Shown: positions 7,479 through 17,143 of the stretch, one piece after another
Position numbering within the stretch: the stretch's first letter is position 1
Layout of the letters: each line of letters begins with the position of its first letter
Assembly: GCA_016930515.1 (NCBI GenBank)
Contig: JAFGGO010000164.1
Span: 1 to 21,757 of the forward strand
From: Promethearchaeota archaeon
GTDB lineage: Archaea > Asgardarchaeota > Lokiarchaeia > Sigyniarchaeales > SOKP01
Direction: 5' to 3'
DNA: 21,757 nucleotides
Notes under the pieces: model-generated
Database searches by the model: none
The model's input: only the letters and a program-made list of their open reading frames with translations
What the model was told of the DNA's origin: nothing
Made by a program: the position numbers and the translations under genes

Positions 7479-8443
7479 AATTTTATCTCTTTATTCCTCT
7501 CTAAATGCTTTCGAATGAACCAAGACTCCCAAACCTTATATATTTCCAATAAAAAGCCTCTCATTTTATGCTTGGGAAAGAAGAGGTCTAATTCCAGCAA
7601 TATATCAACCAATTCATCAATGGTTTTAGGCAATGTTTTTAAGGATCTAATCGCATCGTCTACTACTTTTTGATTATATTTTATCCTTCTCCGCATGTAA
7701 TCAAAGGGCGTTGTGTCTGGATGTTTTACTATGTAAGAATGGCTTGATGTTAAAAAACATGCTTTTTCAAGAAATATTTTTTCAGCTAGATCTATGTCCT
7801 TTTCGTATTGTTCAAGCGAATTCGTCCTAAATCCATACCAAGGTCCAAAACCATCTATGTTTGGTTCATGTTGATCAAATCCCAAACAACTTATATGAAA
7901 TATTTTTTCTTCAGGAAGAAAAAATCCAACATGTCCAAAGGAATGACCAGGCAAGTGTATGGTTTCAATTATAAAATCGTCGAATTTTAAGTAGGTCCCA
8001 GGAGTAAAAGGTTCAACATGACGACATCTTTTATATCCATTGTATTTGATAAAAGATTCTCCTATTGACATGTCTAAATAATCGAGAAATCCAAACTTTC
8101 GCAGTAATATCTCGTGTCCGAGCAAATGATCGTATTCTGGAAAGGGAGCATGTATCTTTGCGCCTAGATCCTCCCACGCGTGCACATGCGAGGAATGATC
8201 CAAGTGAGTATGGCTGCATATATAATCAGATATAGGAGAGATAACCTCGCTAATTTGTTTAATATGTTCTACTTCTAAGTTCAAGTCAATAAGGATGGTC
8301 TTATCATTTCGGTTTTTTTTTGGAAGGACTATTAATCCATCGCAATTAGTAAAAAGCGCCGAAGCCTTGATCTGATGTACCAAGAAAATATCGTCCGTTA
8401 TTTCTTGAATGCGAAGGTTAGGAATGCTTAGAATTGACATCAA
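7460..8443 (-). CDS. Metallo-beta-lactamase-fold hydrolase
   Basis: HTHLDH (HxHxDH), LPGHSFGH and late TSSH. Its 3' end overlaps the convergent dehydrogenase gene by 19 nt. Confidence 0.85.
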   Translation of the reverse strand: MMSILSIPNLRIQEITDDIFLVHQIKASALFTNCDGLIVLPKKNRNDKTILIDLNLEVEHIKQISEVISPISDYICSHTHLDHSSHVHAWEDLGAKIHAPFPEYDHLLGHEILLRKFGFLDYLDMSIGESFIKYNGYKRCRHVEPFTPGTYLKFDDFIIETIHLPGHSFGHVGFFLPEEKIFHISCLGFDQHEPNIDGFGPWYGFRTNSLEQYEKDIDLAEKIFLEKACFLTSSHSYIVKHPDTTPFDYMRRRIKYNQKVVDDAIRSLKTLPKTIDELVDILLELDLFFPKHKMRGFLLEIYKVWESWFIRKHLERNKEIKFYSSLG

Positions 8444-8563
8444 GTCGAGGCTATAATTGAATTATTTTTGATATGTAAATAAATTGTTCTTCATATTAAA
8501 ATGGAATTTTTATAATAACTAATTATTTGAGATAAGAAATAAAAATAGGATGTAAAGCCTTGA

Positions 8564-9364
8564 TTAAAGGCCTTTTGGTCCGTTCTTGTAGATTTCAAAA
8601 GCATCATCCACTGATGCGTTTTCGTGAACAATCGCTCGAACAGCTTTTATCATTCCGACAGGACTATCTGATTGGAAAATGTTTCTTCCCATATCCACAC
8701 CAACCGCTCCTTGGTCAACAGCATTCTTAGACATTTCAAGTGCTTCTCTTTCAGGAATTTTCTTACCTCCTGCGATCACGACGGGACAGGGACAAATACC
8801 AGTAACTTGGTCGAAATCTGGTTCGCAATAATAGGTTTTTACCATGGTTGCACCCATTTCTGCGGCCATTCTACTTGCCATTCCCAAGTAGCGAGAATCT
8901 CTCGCCATTTCTCGTCCAACAGCGGTAACTGCAAGCGTTGGAATTCCATATTCTTGACCCCAGTTCACGAGCTTGGATAAGTTCAGTAGCGATTGTTTTT
9001 CGTAATCACCACCAACGAAGATCGAACAGGTAAGGGCAGAAACGTTCAACCTTAGAGCGTCATCAATGGTTACGTTTATTTCTTCGTTTGAGAGCTCTTT
9101 TAACATGCTCGCCCCGGCAGATACTCTTAAAATGATTGGTTTGTTCAATTCAGCAGGAACGCAATTTCTTAACATTCCTCTCGTCAACATCAAGGCGTCA
9201 GCATACTCGTATAAAGGTTCCAAGTTCTTAAAATCTTTTAATTGACCGGGAATGTTTCCAAAATAACCGTGGTCGATTGCAAGCATCACGCATCTTCCCG
9301 TCTTAGGTTGGAGTATTCGATTTAACCTGTTAGAAAATCCCCAATCTCCTTTAACATTTGTCAT
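8564..9364 (-). CDS. lsrF: LsrF-type thiolase / DhnA-family class I aldolase
   Basis: DWG-x2-NRL, MLAIDHGYF, Schiff-base Lys in VKTYY, PVVIAGGKK, GVDMGRNIFQS. ATG at 9364 preferred over TTG at 9370. Confidence 0.88.
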   Translation of the reverse strand: MTNVKGDWGFSNRLNRILQPKTGRCVMLAIDHGYFGNIPGQLKDFKNLEPLYEYADALMLTRGMLRNCVPAELNKPIILRVSAGASMLKELSNEEINVTIDDALRLNVSALTCSIFVGGDYEKQSLLNLSKLVNWGQEYGIPTLAVTAVGREMARDSRYLGMASRMAAEMGATMVKTYYCEPDFDQVTGICPCPVVIAGGKKIPEREALEMSKNAVDQGAVGVDMGRNIFQSDSPVGMIKAVRAIVHENASVDDAFEIYKNGPKGL

Positions 9365-9536
9365 ATTCAATCTCTCTTTACTGAATAATTTAATTTCTAC
9401 ATACTTTTTAATTTATAATTATAGAACATTATTATTTTTTCTTATTTTTAATATTCACAGTTAAAACATTAGTTCCCATTTAAAAACCTAGAGGGAATTC
9501 ATTAAAAGTTATAATAAGGAGTCGTACAAAATAGAA

Positions 9537-10397
9537 TCAAAGTAGGTTTAAGAATTCTTGTACCTTGTTTTTAATTTTTTGAGTTAATTTAGGAGAATAT
9601 CGTTGATTTATATAATCTTTTATCAAATTTAATCGATATTTGTTGATCTTTGAAATTTTTAGATCGCTTGAAAGCAGATCAATCAAATCTTCTTTGTAAA
9701 TTTCTTTCACGCCTTCCAGAATAAGTTTTGTCTTTTCGGCTTCGGTAATAAACTTAGCAATGTCTTGTTTGATGATTATTAATTGTTCCTTGTTGTCAAT
9801 AATATCAAGAGCTTTTTTAAGCATGTCTTCTTCAAACTTGAGCTTTTCAACCCAAGGCGTTTGAAGGATGTTCTTTTCTGAATCGATTAAGAAAGCGTTT
9901 TTTTCTTTAATCTTGATTTTATCATAGTCAGTTTCGTGGAGAAATTTAATCAAAATGGCAGTAGCTTTGTATTGATCGGGGAGTAAATTGTTAAAAAAAG
10001 AGTTTATTCTTTTTTGATCCTCCCCTGTTTCGCTCTTTTTTATAATATATGAAGGATAATTAAATATTTTAGCATGAATCAGACTAAAGACACCATACAA
10101 TCCATAACTATTGATCAAAACCTTGAGTGTTATATCTCCATGTATTAATTCCTCAGAACTTTTATTATTCTCTGCTTCTTCCTCCAGAGAAACCCCCATT
10201 AATAGATCTATTCGCTCATATCCTCGAACAATGCCTTTTGTATCGACAAAAGCAATGAATTGATGGTCCGGACAAACCGCACCAGGAGGTACTTGTATTT
10301 TAATAGTCCCAAATTTCTTTTGATCGAATATTGTTTCGGGAATTCTTATCTTTTTAAATGTCTGGCAGGTTGGGCAGGTGAGTTCTACTTCTTTCAT
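9537..10397 (-). CDS. Hypothetical protein with N-terminal CxxC...CxxH putative Zn-binding domain
   Basis: LTCPTC...GAVCPDHQFIAFVD...VRGYERID, followed by an acidic linker and a Lys/Ile-rich, probably helical C-terminus. Confidence 0.8.
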   Translation of the reverse strand: MKEVELTCPTCQTFKKIRIPETIFDQKKFGTIKIQVPPGAVCPDHQFIAFVDTKGIVRGYERIDLLMGVSLEEEAENNKSSEELIHGDITLKVLINSYGLYGVFSLIHAKIFNYPSYIIKKSETGEDQKRINSFFNNLLPDQYKATAILIKFLHETDYDKIKIKEKNAFLIDSEKNILQTPWVEKLKFEEDMLKKALDIIDNKEQLIIIKQDIAKFITEAEKTKLILEGVKEIYKEDLIDLLSSDLKISKINKYRLNLIKDYINQRYSPKLTQKIKNKVQEFLNLL

Positions 10398-10593
10398 GGA
10401 TTTTTCTTACTTTTTATACGATATCTAAAAACTCAAATTCTACTATAATAAAATAACACAATTCAACAATTAAATTTTAACTTTTTCTTCCAAATAATCT
10501 GGAATAGAAAGTTGATTAAGAAGAATAAATTAAAATATGCACATTATTATTCTAATAATATTCAGTTCTATTGATATTGAGGAAAACCTGTCT

Positions 10594-11064
10594 ATGGAGA
10601 AAGATCAACTATTATTTGGTGCAATTAGCATTGGACTAACCATAACCCTATTTATCTTGCATATATTATTTGTTTCGCCTTTTCAAAAGAACGGAATCCT
10701 TTTTTCACTTCTTTTATTAATTTTATGCGTTATAGAGACGATATTCCTTAGTAGGATAAAATATATATATGAAAAAAACTCAAACAAGGCAGAATTACTT
10801 GGAAAGATAAATAATACTAGTCAATATGGAAGAATCTTAACAGCAAGCGTGATTATATCATATTTAATAGCTCTTTTCATTTGTATTCTTCCCTCGCAGA
10901 TAAATCCTTCAGGATTAACAGCAAAAGACATTCTTGTTTATTCACTCTTACAATTAACTGACAGTCCAGAAGGTATCATCTTCTTATTGCAATACATTCT
11001 CATACCGGGTTTTTATGTAGCCGCTATAATTATAGGCACTTTCATTTTTGACAAGAACTTTTAA
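10594..11064 (+). CDS. Small integral membrane protein (about 4 TM)
   Basis: Four hydrophobic stretches. ATG at 10594 (GAGG upstream) preferred; the ORF track start is 10537. Confidence 0.7.
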   Translation: MEKDQLLFGAISIGLTITLFILHILFVSPFQKNGILFSLLLLILCVIETIFLSRIKYIYEKNSNKAELLGKINNTSQYGRILTASVIISYLIALFICILPSQINPSGLTAKDILVYSLLQLTDSPEGIIFLLQYILIPGFYVAAIIIGTFIFDKNF

Positions 11065-11164
11065 AGATCTCTTTCATTGTGATATTTTAGTTTTCCTATT
11101 ATGTTATATACGAACAAATCCTAACTATTTATAATTATAAATCTAAATACTTTTAGATATAACA

Positions 11165-12442
11165 ATGAATTTAACAGAAATAATTGGACTTAAGAAGGGG
11201 GACGCAGATAAGTTGATAAAAGCAGGAATATCTTCTGTGGAAGATCTCGTTCCCCTCACCAAAAACGATATAAAATCCGTGTCAAAAAAGACGGGAATTT
11301 CGGAAGAGAATATTGACACATGGCAAGAACACGCGGACTTCATGAGAATTGAAAACATTGGCCCAACAGAAGCTTTCATAATTAATAACATTGGAATCGA
11401 TTCTGTAAAAGAATTAGCGAGAAGAAACCCAAAAAGTACTTACGAAAAAATTAAAGAATATCTTGAAGCCAACCCAAAAACCACGAAAAAACCTCCCACT
11501 CAAAAAATAGTGGAAGAATGGATAAACAAAGCAAAAGTGTTAGAACCTCCTAAAAAAAGAGCAAAAAAAGAAGAAGACGAGGAGCCTCTCATTCCTATAT
11601 TACCTACCTGGACTCCAAAGCAACCAGAAGTTCCAGCGAAACCAGAAAAGCAAAAAGACGATTACGGTCAATATGGTCCCGAATATTGGAATAGCAAATG
11701 GGTCAAGCAACCAATCATATACACGGGAAGGGCACTTCGAGGAAGTAACTACAATAAACAAATCGATGTGGATGTGAAAACTTTCATAAAAAACAACGAT
11801 GAAATCCTGAAACACGTTATCAAGGAAGCAAAACTCAAGAAGGACACATTTAACGCAACTGCTCTTGCGTGTCAAAAATTCGTATGTGAGATGCTTGCAT
11901 ATACATTCGATGAAGAAAGTTCCGACTGTGTTGAGTTTTGGCAATTTCCCTTTGAAACCATCCAATCTGCCGTGGGCGATTGTGAGGATGGTGCGATCCT
12001 GATTTCTAGCCTTTTAATAAACGCGGGCATCCCTTCATGGAGGATTAAATGCGTGGGTGGCGCCGTTTTACCCGATCCAACGGCACCTGCAGCTCCTGGC
12101 GAAGAGCTTGGAGGGCACGGATGGACGATTTACCTGGCAGATCGAGCCGATTCTGAAAGACAGTTAGAATGGGTCGTGCTTGATTGGTGTTACTGTCCCG
12201 ATCCCGAAATCACAGTGGAAGATAAACCATTAGCAAGAGAAGGAGGCCAAGAAGGCGCTTACAAGGATGTTTGGTTTACATACAACGACGAATATAGCTG
12301 GGCTCCAGAACAAATCGCCATCACCGAAGCTAGGATTAGCAAAAACAGGACAACAACCAAGGACAATGTTTTAGAAGTCAAAGAGTTCCTTAACGACATG
12401 GTAAAACAAATTTTCGATAAGCTCGACATTCAAATAGAATAA
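11165..12442 (+). CDS. DUF4332-like (tandem HhH) domain fused to a transglutaminase-like Cys-His-Asp domain
   Basis: N-terminal LTEIIGL...KLIKAGISSVEDL and MRIENIGPTEA...IGIDSVKELARRNP...VEEWINKAK; Pro/Lys/Glu linker; GDCEDGAIL (Cys 11981), GHGW (His 12116), VLDW (Asp 12182). Confidence 0.82.
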   Translation: MNLTEIIGLKKGDADKLIKAGISSVEDLVPLTKNDIKSVSKKTGISEENIDTWQEHADFMRIENIGPTEAFIINNIGIDSVKELARRNPKSTYEKIKEYLEANPKTTKKPPTQKIVEEWINKAKVLEPPKKRAKKEEDEEPLIPILPTWTPKQPEVPAKPEKQKDDYGQYGPEYWNSKWVKQPIIYTGRALRGSNYNKQIDVDVKTFIKNNDEILKHVIKEAKLKKDTFNATALACQKFVCEMLAYTFDEESSDCVEFWQFPFETIQSAVGDCEDGAILISSLLINAGIPSWRIKCVGGAVLPDPTAPAAPGEELGGHGWTIYLADRADSERQLEWVVLDWCYCPDPEITVEDKPLAREGGQEGAYKDVWFTYNDEYSWAPEQIAITEARISKNRTTTKDNVLEVKEFLNDMVKQIFDKLDIQIE

Positions 12443-12451
12443 ACAGAATAA

Positions 12452-13492
12452 TTATATAATTCCTTTTTCAATTTCTTTTATTTTATCTCCAGTCGGTTGT
12501 TTCACGATTATAACGATTGACATAATCACAATTATACTACCTATTAAATGGTAAATAGTAAATGTCTCACCAAGCATGATTACTGAAAAGATGGCCGTAA
12601 CGATAGGTGTAGGTGAAACTAAGATTGTAGCTTTCGATGCGTCTAACAGCGAAAGTGTTTTATACCAAAAGAATAATCCAGAGCTATAGGTTAATCCCAT
12701 TAGGAAATAATAAAGGATATTTATTGGGTTTCCAAATAAGAATTCAATAGTTGGAGAAAAAAAGATCAAAAAACTTGCTAACAATATTATTGAGCTAATT
12801 GCGTTCCTCATGAAAACGATCTGGGTTGAAGTTGAATTTTTCTCATCCAAAATATATCTTTTTGTAATAGCGTGAGCAAGCATCCACATTGCGGCAAGAA
12901 TTAGAAGTAATAAAACGCCAATATTAAATTCGAGCACATTAAAAGAGCCTTGAGTCACCGTAAATATCAAACCAATAAGTAATATTAACGAAAATAGAAT
13001 TTGAGTTTTTGTAATCTTTTCTTTCATTATTAAATATCCGAAAATTAAGGTAAATATAACAGTTGATTTCTGTGCTAACGCACCGTTAATTGGTCCAGCG
13101 TGATAATACCCAATTGTAAATAGAAGTTGCCCGATTCCAAATGTTAATCCCACATAAACCAAAATAAGCTTTCTTTTTTTCCAACCGTTCAAAAGAAAAT
13201 TTTCTTTTACATTTTCAATGTTTTCTTTCGATTGATTAACCAAGATCATCTTGCGATCTATTAACATGATGGGAAAAAACAAGAGTGCCTCAAAGAGGCA
13301 TGTCATAGCAGAAAAGAGATAGAGCGCGGGAATTTGCAGGTCTTCTGAATATGAAGTTAAATCAATAGCTATCTTCCAAGAGGAAACAACAATGGGTTGA
13401 AAACCAACCATGATTATTGATGCTAATCCAAACAACAACCCCTTTGTTCGATCGTCAAGTTCCAAGATGATAAAAAGAACGAAGAATGGCAT
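12452..13492 (-). CDS. EamA/DMT-family transporter
   Basis: About 10 TM segments in two repeats; IFGYLIMKEKIT and TPIVTAIFSVIMLGETFT...IGSIIV motifs. Start uncertain. Confidence 0.88.
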   Translation of the reverse strand: MPFFVLFIILELDDRTKGLLFGLASIIMVGFQPIVVSSWKIAIDLTSYSEDLQIPALYLFSAMTCLFEALLFFPIMLIDRKMILVNQSKENIENVKENFLLNGWKKRKLILVYVGLTFGIGQLLFTIGYYHAGPINGALAQKSTVIFTLIFGYLIMKEKITKTQILFSLILLIGLIFTVTQGSFNVLEFNIGVLLLLILAAMWMLAHAITKRYILDEKNSTSTQIVFMRNAISSIILLASFLIFFSPTIEFLFGNPINILYYFLMGLTYSSGLFFWYKTLSLLDASKATILVSPTPIVTAIFSVIMLGETFTIYHLIGSIIVIMSIVIIVKQPTGDKIKEIEKGII

Positions 13493-13640
13493 AAATATTT
13501 TTAGGAACTAAAAAATTGCTTTTTTCACTTATTTTCTTCCAATTTGCACTAATGTTGCCACGATCTAGCATGTGGAAAGATTTAAAAAATTAATTTCCTT
13601 AATTGATACAAGAGCTTTATAGATAGAGAAGTGAAAAAAT

Positions 13641-14462
13641 ATTTCGAAGGATGTTGCAATTTATACTGATAAACTTACCAAAAAGTTTAAAGATCTCGTT
13701 GCTGTAAGAGATTTGAACCTCAGTATCCCTAACGGTACCACATACGGTCTTTTAGGTCCAAATGGAGCAGGTAAGACGACTACCGTTAGGATGCTTAACG
13801 CCATTATCAAACCAAGTTCGGGAGTAGCAAAAGTTGGTGGATTCGATGTAATTACGCAGAGCGTTGATGTAAAAATGATATGCGGATTTTTACCAGAATC
13901 TCCAGGATTATATCAAAAATTGACTGCAAAAGAGTTTTTAGAATTTATTGGAGAATTATATTACATACCAAAGGATGTACTTGGATCCCGCATCGAAGAA
14001 CTTATAGAAATATTCGATTTAGAAGGACGGGAAAACGACCTTTTAGAAAACTACTCTCGAGGTATGAAACAAAAAGTATGTTTATGCGCGGCGTTAATTC
14101 AAGACCCGAAAATCATTTTCTTGGACGAACCCACATCAAACTTAGATCCCGCAGCGTCCAGAATGGTCAAAGACTTGATTTCAGATCTTGCGAAGAAGGC
14201 AGACAAGACAATATTTATTTGCACGCACTTATTAGATGCTGCCGAAGAATTATGCGACAGGATCGGAATTATTGACAAAGGAGTACTCAAAACGGAAGGT
14301 ACTCCTGCAGAATTAATGGCAGAAACCAATTGCTCCGATTTAGAAAGCGCTTATCTGAAACTTATGGGCGTTTCAAAGATAGACGACTTATTAGCGTGGA
14401 GAGATAAACATCCTAATGAAAATGAATTACCCAAGAAAAAAGGAAGAAAAAGCAAGCCATGA
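13641..14462 (+). CDS. ABC transporter ATP-binding protein (ABC-2/CcmA-like)
   Basis: Walker A GPNGAGKTT, signature YSRGMKQK, Walker B IIFLDEPT, H-loop CTH. The family N-terminus AIYTDKLTKKF...VAVRDLNL lies upstream of the track's TTG at 13713, so the start is placed at ATT 13641 (uncertain). Confidence 0.92.
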   Translation: MSKDVAIYTDKLTKKFKDLVAVRDLNLSIPNGTTYGLLGPNGAGKTTTVRMLNAIIKPSSGVAKVGGFDVITQSVDVKMICGFLPESPGLYQKLTAKEFLEFIGELYYIPKDVLGSRIEELIEIFDLEGRENDLLENYSRGMKQKVCLCAALIQDPKIIFLDEPTSNLDPAASRMVKDLISDLAKKADKTIFICTHLLDAAEELCDRIGIIDKGVLKTEGTPAELMAETNCSDLESAYLKLMGVSKIDDLLAWRDKHPNENELPKKKGRKSKP

Positions 14463-16072
14463 GTCTTTGGAAGGTAATAGCCAAGTACGAAATTAAGCGC
14501 GGAACGAGCTCAATTCGGAAACACAGAGTTTTAATTCTTTTTATCTTATACGCATTCTTGATAATTTGGGCAGTGATTTTAGCACCTTTATTGTTTGATG
14601 CCATCATGCCACCTCTCGTTTCAATAATTCCTTATTTCGAGGAAACTGTAGCTTTAATCATCGAAGCTTTATTGATGATGCTTTTCCTTGTGATCATGAT
14701 GTATCCCATTAATACTGTCTTCCGTAAGACAGAAATTGGATATAAAGAAATCTTATTGGCTTCTCCCGCAACAGAAGGAGATATTTTTATTGGTGAATTC
14801 GTTGGAAAATTTTTAGTATATATGGGAGCCATCTTGATTTTTGCACCAATCCTTCTCGGATTGATAAACGCAATCATTAATTTTACCGTTATAACATACA
14901 TCATTATCTATGCTTGCGTTATGGGACACGTGATATTTGCATTATTGATTGGAAACATTTTAGCTTCCTTAATAGAACACAAAATCGCTCGAAATCCTAA
15001 GTTCAAAGATTTAGGCAAGGTGTTCTTGTTTCTCATTTCGATAGGAATGGTTGCAATCATCTACACGCTACAATTTGCTTTCCAGATATTGTTGGAGAAT
15101 CCTGAACTTAAGAACTGGCTAATGTTCTATCCCTCCCTTTGGTTTTCCAATATCATACTTTATTCTATTAATCCCAATCTCATTAGTACCTATGTGTTAA
15201 ACATTTGGTCAAGCGTTTTGTTGATAATTTTCGTGCCCCTTCTCGTTTTTTACATCGCCTATAAAAAAGCGTCGAAGTTTTTTACCTTAGAAGGGGGAAT
15301 TGAGAAGATTTCGGACATCATTGAAAAAGAAAGCTCCTTTTACAAGCAGCTAAGGAAATACATCCCACATAACTGGGAAACTTTGATCGTGTCGCAATTA
15401 AAGGAATTCTTCAGGCGAAAAGAAAACATAATGAAATTAGTGTACACTTTAGGGATTACCTTGTTTATTGGAACCATGATGTATTTTACATCTCCTGCTG
15501 ATACCGAAGCATTAAGCGCTGAAGTTGATGCCATATTTACCATAATGATATTATTCGTATCTGGGATGATTTATTGTTTCATGATAGGAAACTACATTTT
15601 CGTTGGGAGCAGGGACCTCTTGTGGGTATACAAGAAATCGCCTCGTGGCGTAAAAACGCTTGTCTATTCATACATTCGGGCGCTAACGATACCGAGCATC
15701 TTCATAGGAATAATTACTACGATTTATTACTCGATTCTTTATCAATATACGGTATTATTTTCGATCCTATTTTTTGTATTATACTTGGTAAATATCACGA
15801 TTATCTTGTTCCAAGCGTGCGGAATCCAGTGCTTCAATCCCTCGTTTGAGGAAAAAGGAAAACAAATGGGCGCAAATATAATGATTCAGATGTTTTTCAT
15901 GTTCTTTATTTTATTTATCAGCATATTTTTATTGTTTAATTTTAATCTATTTCCACCCATAGAAGAAGATTTAATTCCCGTATTCATGTACTTGCCAATA
16001 TTGTTGCTATCACTAGCATTTACTATTCCAGTTTTTTATTTTGGAATTCGCAGGCTTGGAAGGATTGAATAA
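14459..16072 (+). CDS. ABC exporter permease, multi-pass membrane protein
   Basis: About 12-13 hydrophobic segments in two halves (ILLASP / VYKKSP). ATGA overlap with the ATPase gene indicates coupling. Confidence 0.82.
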   Translation: MSLWKVIAKYEIKRGTSSIRKHRVLILFILYAFLIIWAVILAPLLFDAIMPPLVSIIPYFEETVALIIEALLMMLFLVIMMYPINTVFRKTEIGYKEILLASPATEGDIFIGEFVGKFLVYMGAILIFAPILLGLINAIINFTVITYIIIYACVMGHVIFALLIGNILASLIEHKIARNPKFKDLGKVFLFLISIGMVAIIYTLQFAFQILLENPELKNWLMFYPSLWFSNIILYSINPNLISTYVLNIWSSVLLIIFVPLLVFYIAYKKASKFFTLEGGIEKISDIIEKESSFYKQLRKYIPHNWETLIVSQLKEFFRRKENIMKLVYTLGITLFIGTMMYFTSPADTEALSAEVDAIFTIMILFVSGMIYCFMIGNYIFVGSRDLLWVYKKSPRGVKTLVYSYIRALTIPSIFIGIITTIYYSILYQYTVLFSILFFVLYLVNITIILFQACGIQCFNPSFEEKGKQMGANIMIQMFFMFFILFISIFLLFNFNLFPPIEEDLIPVFMYLPILLLSLAFTIPVFYFGIRRLGRIE

Positions 16073-16076
16073 ATAA

Positions 16077-16083
16077 TTTTTTT
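16077..16083 (+). terminator. Putative oligo-T terminator of the ABC operon
   Basis: T7 starting 5 nt after the stop at 16072. Confidence 0.4.
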
Positions 16084-16181
16084 CTTTATATAATCTTATT
16101 TTTTCAGAAAATCTGAATGGAGAATATTAAATAAATGTCATGCATTTCCCATAATATTGATTTAATTACTGGAAAATAAAA

Positions 16182-17012
16182 ATGACGAGTTTAGATTTTA
16201 GTACTGTTGGAAAAAAACAAAAAAGGGAAGATTTCAAATATAATTGGAAGGACGCAGCATTATATGCCGTGGGGATTGGGGCAAGTGCCAAGGAATTACC
16301 TTTTGTTTACGAGGGAATATCAGGAGGAATGAAGGTTTTTCCAAGTTTCGCAACGATCGCTGCGGGAAGTGCACTCGTATATCCGGGAAATATCGATTTT
16401 TCTCGATTCTTACACGGAGAAATGTCAATTAAGGTATACCAGCCCTTTCCTAACGGAGCAACGATAAGGCGAGAAACTGAAATATCGAATATTTACGACA
16501 AGGGAAAGGGGGCGTTGATCGTTACTACATCCTCGGGATATCTCGAAAACGGAAATAAACTATACGATGCGATATACGGTTTTTTTTACTTGGGAGAGGG
16601 AGGTTTTGGGGGAGAGCCTGGACCAAAAAGTATCATTGTAGCGCCTCCTGAAGGTACAGCTCCTGATTTTTCCGTTACATATCAAACAACCGAAAATCAA
16701 GCAGTATTATACAGATTAAATGGAGATACTAACCCTTTACACATCGATCCCGAGTTTGCCAGAAAAGGGGGTCAAGCAAAACCAATTCTTCACGGATTGT
16801 GTACATATGGGTTCGCAACGAGAGCAGTTGTATACGAGGCTTGCAATGGAGACGTTTCGCTCTTCAAGGAATTTACAGCCCGATTCACAAATGTTGTATA
16901 TCCCGGTGAAAACCTCACGATTGATGGGTGGAAAACGGGCGATAGATATATCGTCCAAGTACGAACGGATCGTGTGGTAATGCTTGGAAGCGCATTAGTG
17001 AATATCGCTTGA
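16182..17012 (+). CDS. MaoC-family double hot-dog (R)-specific enoyl-CoA hydratase 2 (MFE-2 hydratase-like)
   Basis: ALYAVGIGA, LHGE, DKGKGA, GEGGFGG, hydratase-2 motif YRLNGDTNPLHIDP and ILHGLCTYG. Confidence 0.92.
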   Translation: MTSLDFSTVGKKQKREDFKYNWKDAALYAVGIGASAKELPFVYEGISGGMKVFPSFATIAAGSALVYPGNIDFSRFLHGEMSIKVYQPFPNGATIRRETEISNIYDKGKGALIVTTSSGYLENGNKLYDAIYGFFYLGEGGFGGEPGPKSIIVAPPEGTAPDFSVTYQTTENQAVLYRLNGDTNPLHIDPEFARKGGQAKPILHGLCTYGFATRAVVYEACNGDVSLFKEFTARFTNVVYPGENLTIDGWKTGDRYIVQVRTDRVVMLGSALVNIA

Positions 17013-17143
17013 ATTTCTTTAATTTTTATTATTTAATTTAATAATACACAATATTGTTGTAAATTTTTTAAAAATCCGAGAAGAGGATAGAGACTTTAGA
17101 TCAAAGTTGATATTGGGTTTGATATCGGGATCTTACTATCTAT

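Noticed and set aside
17013-17143. Short inverted repeats in the convergent intergenic region considered as an ncRNA
   Set aside because: The stems are only about 5 bp and AT-rich, as expected by chance or from termination signals.
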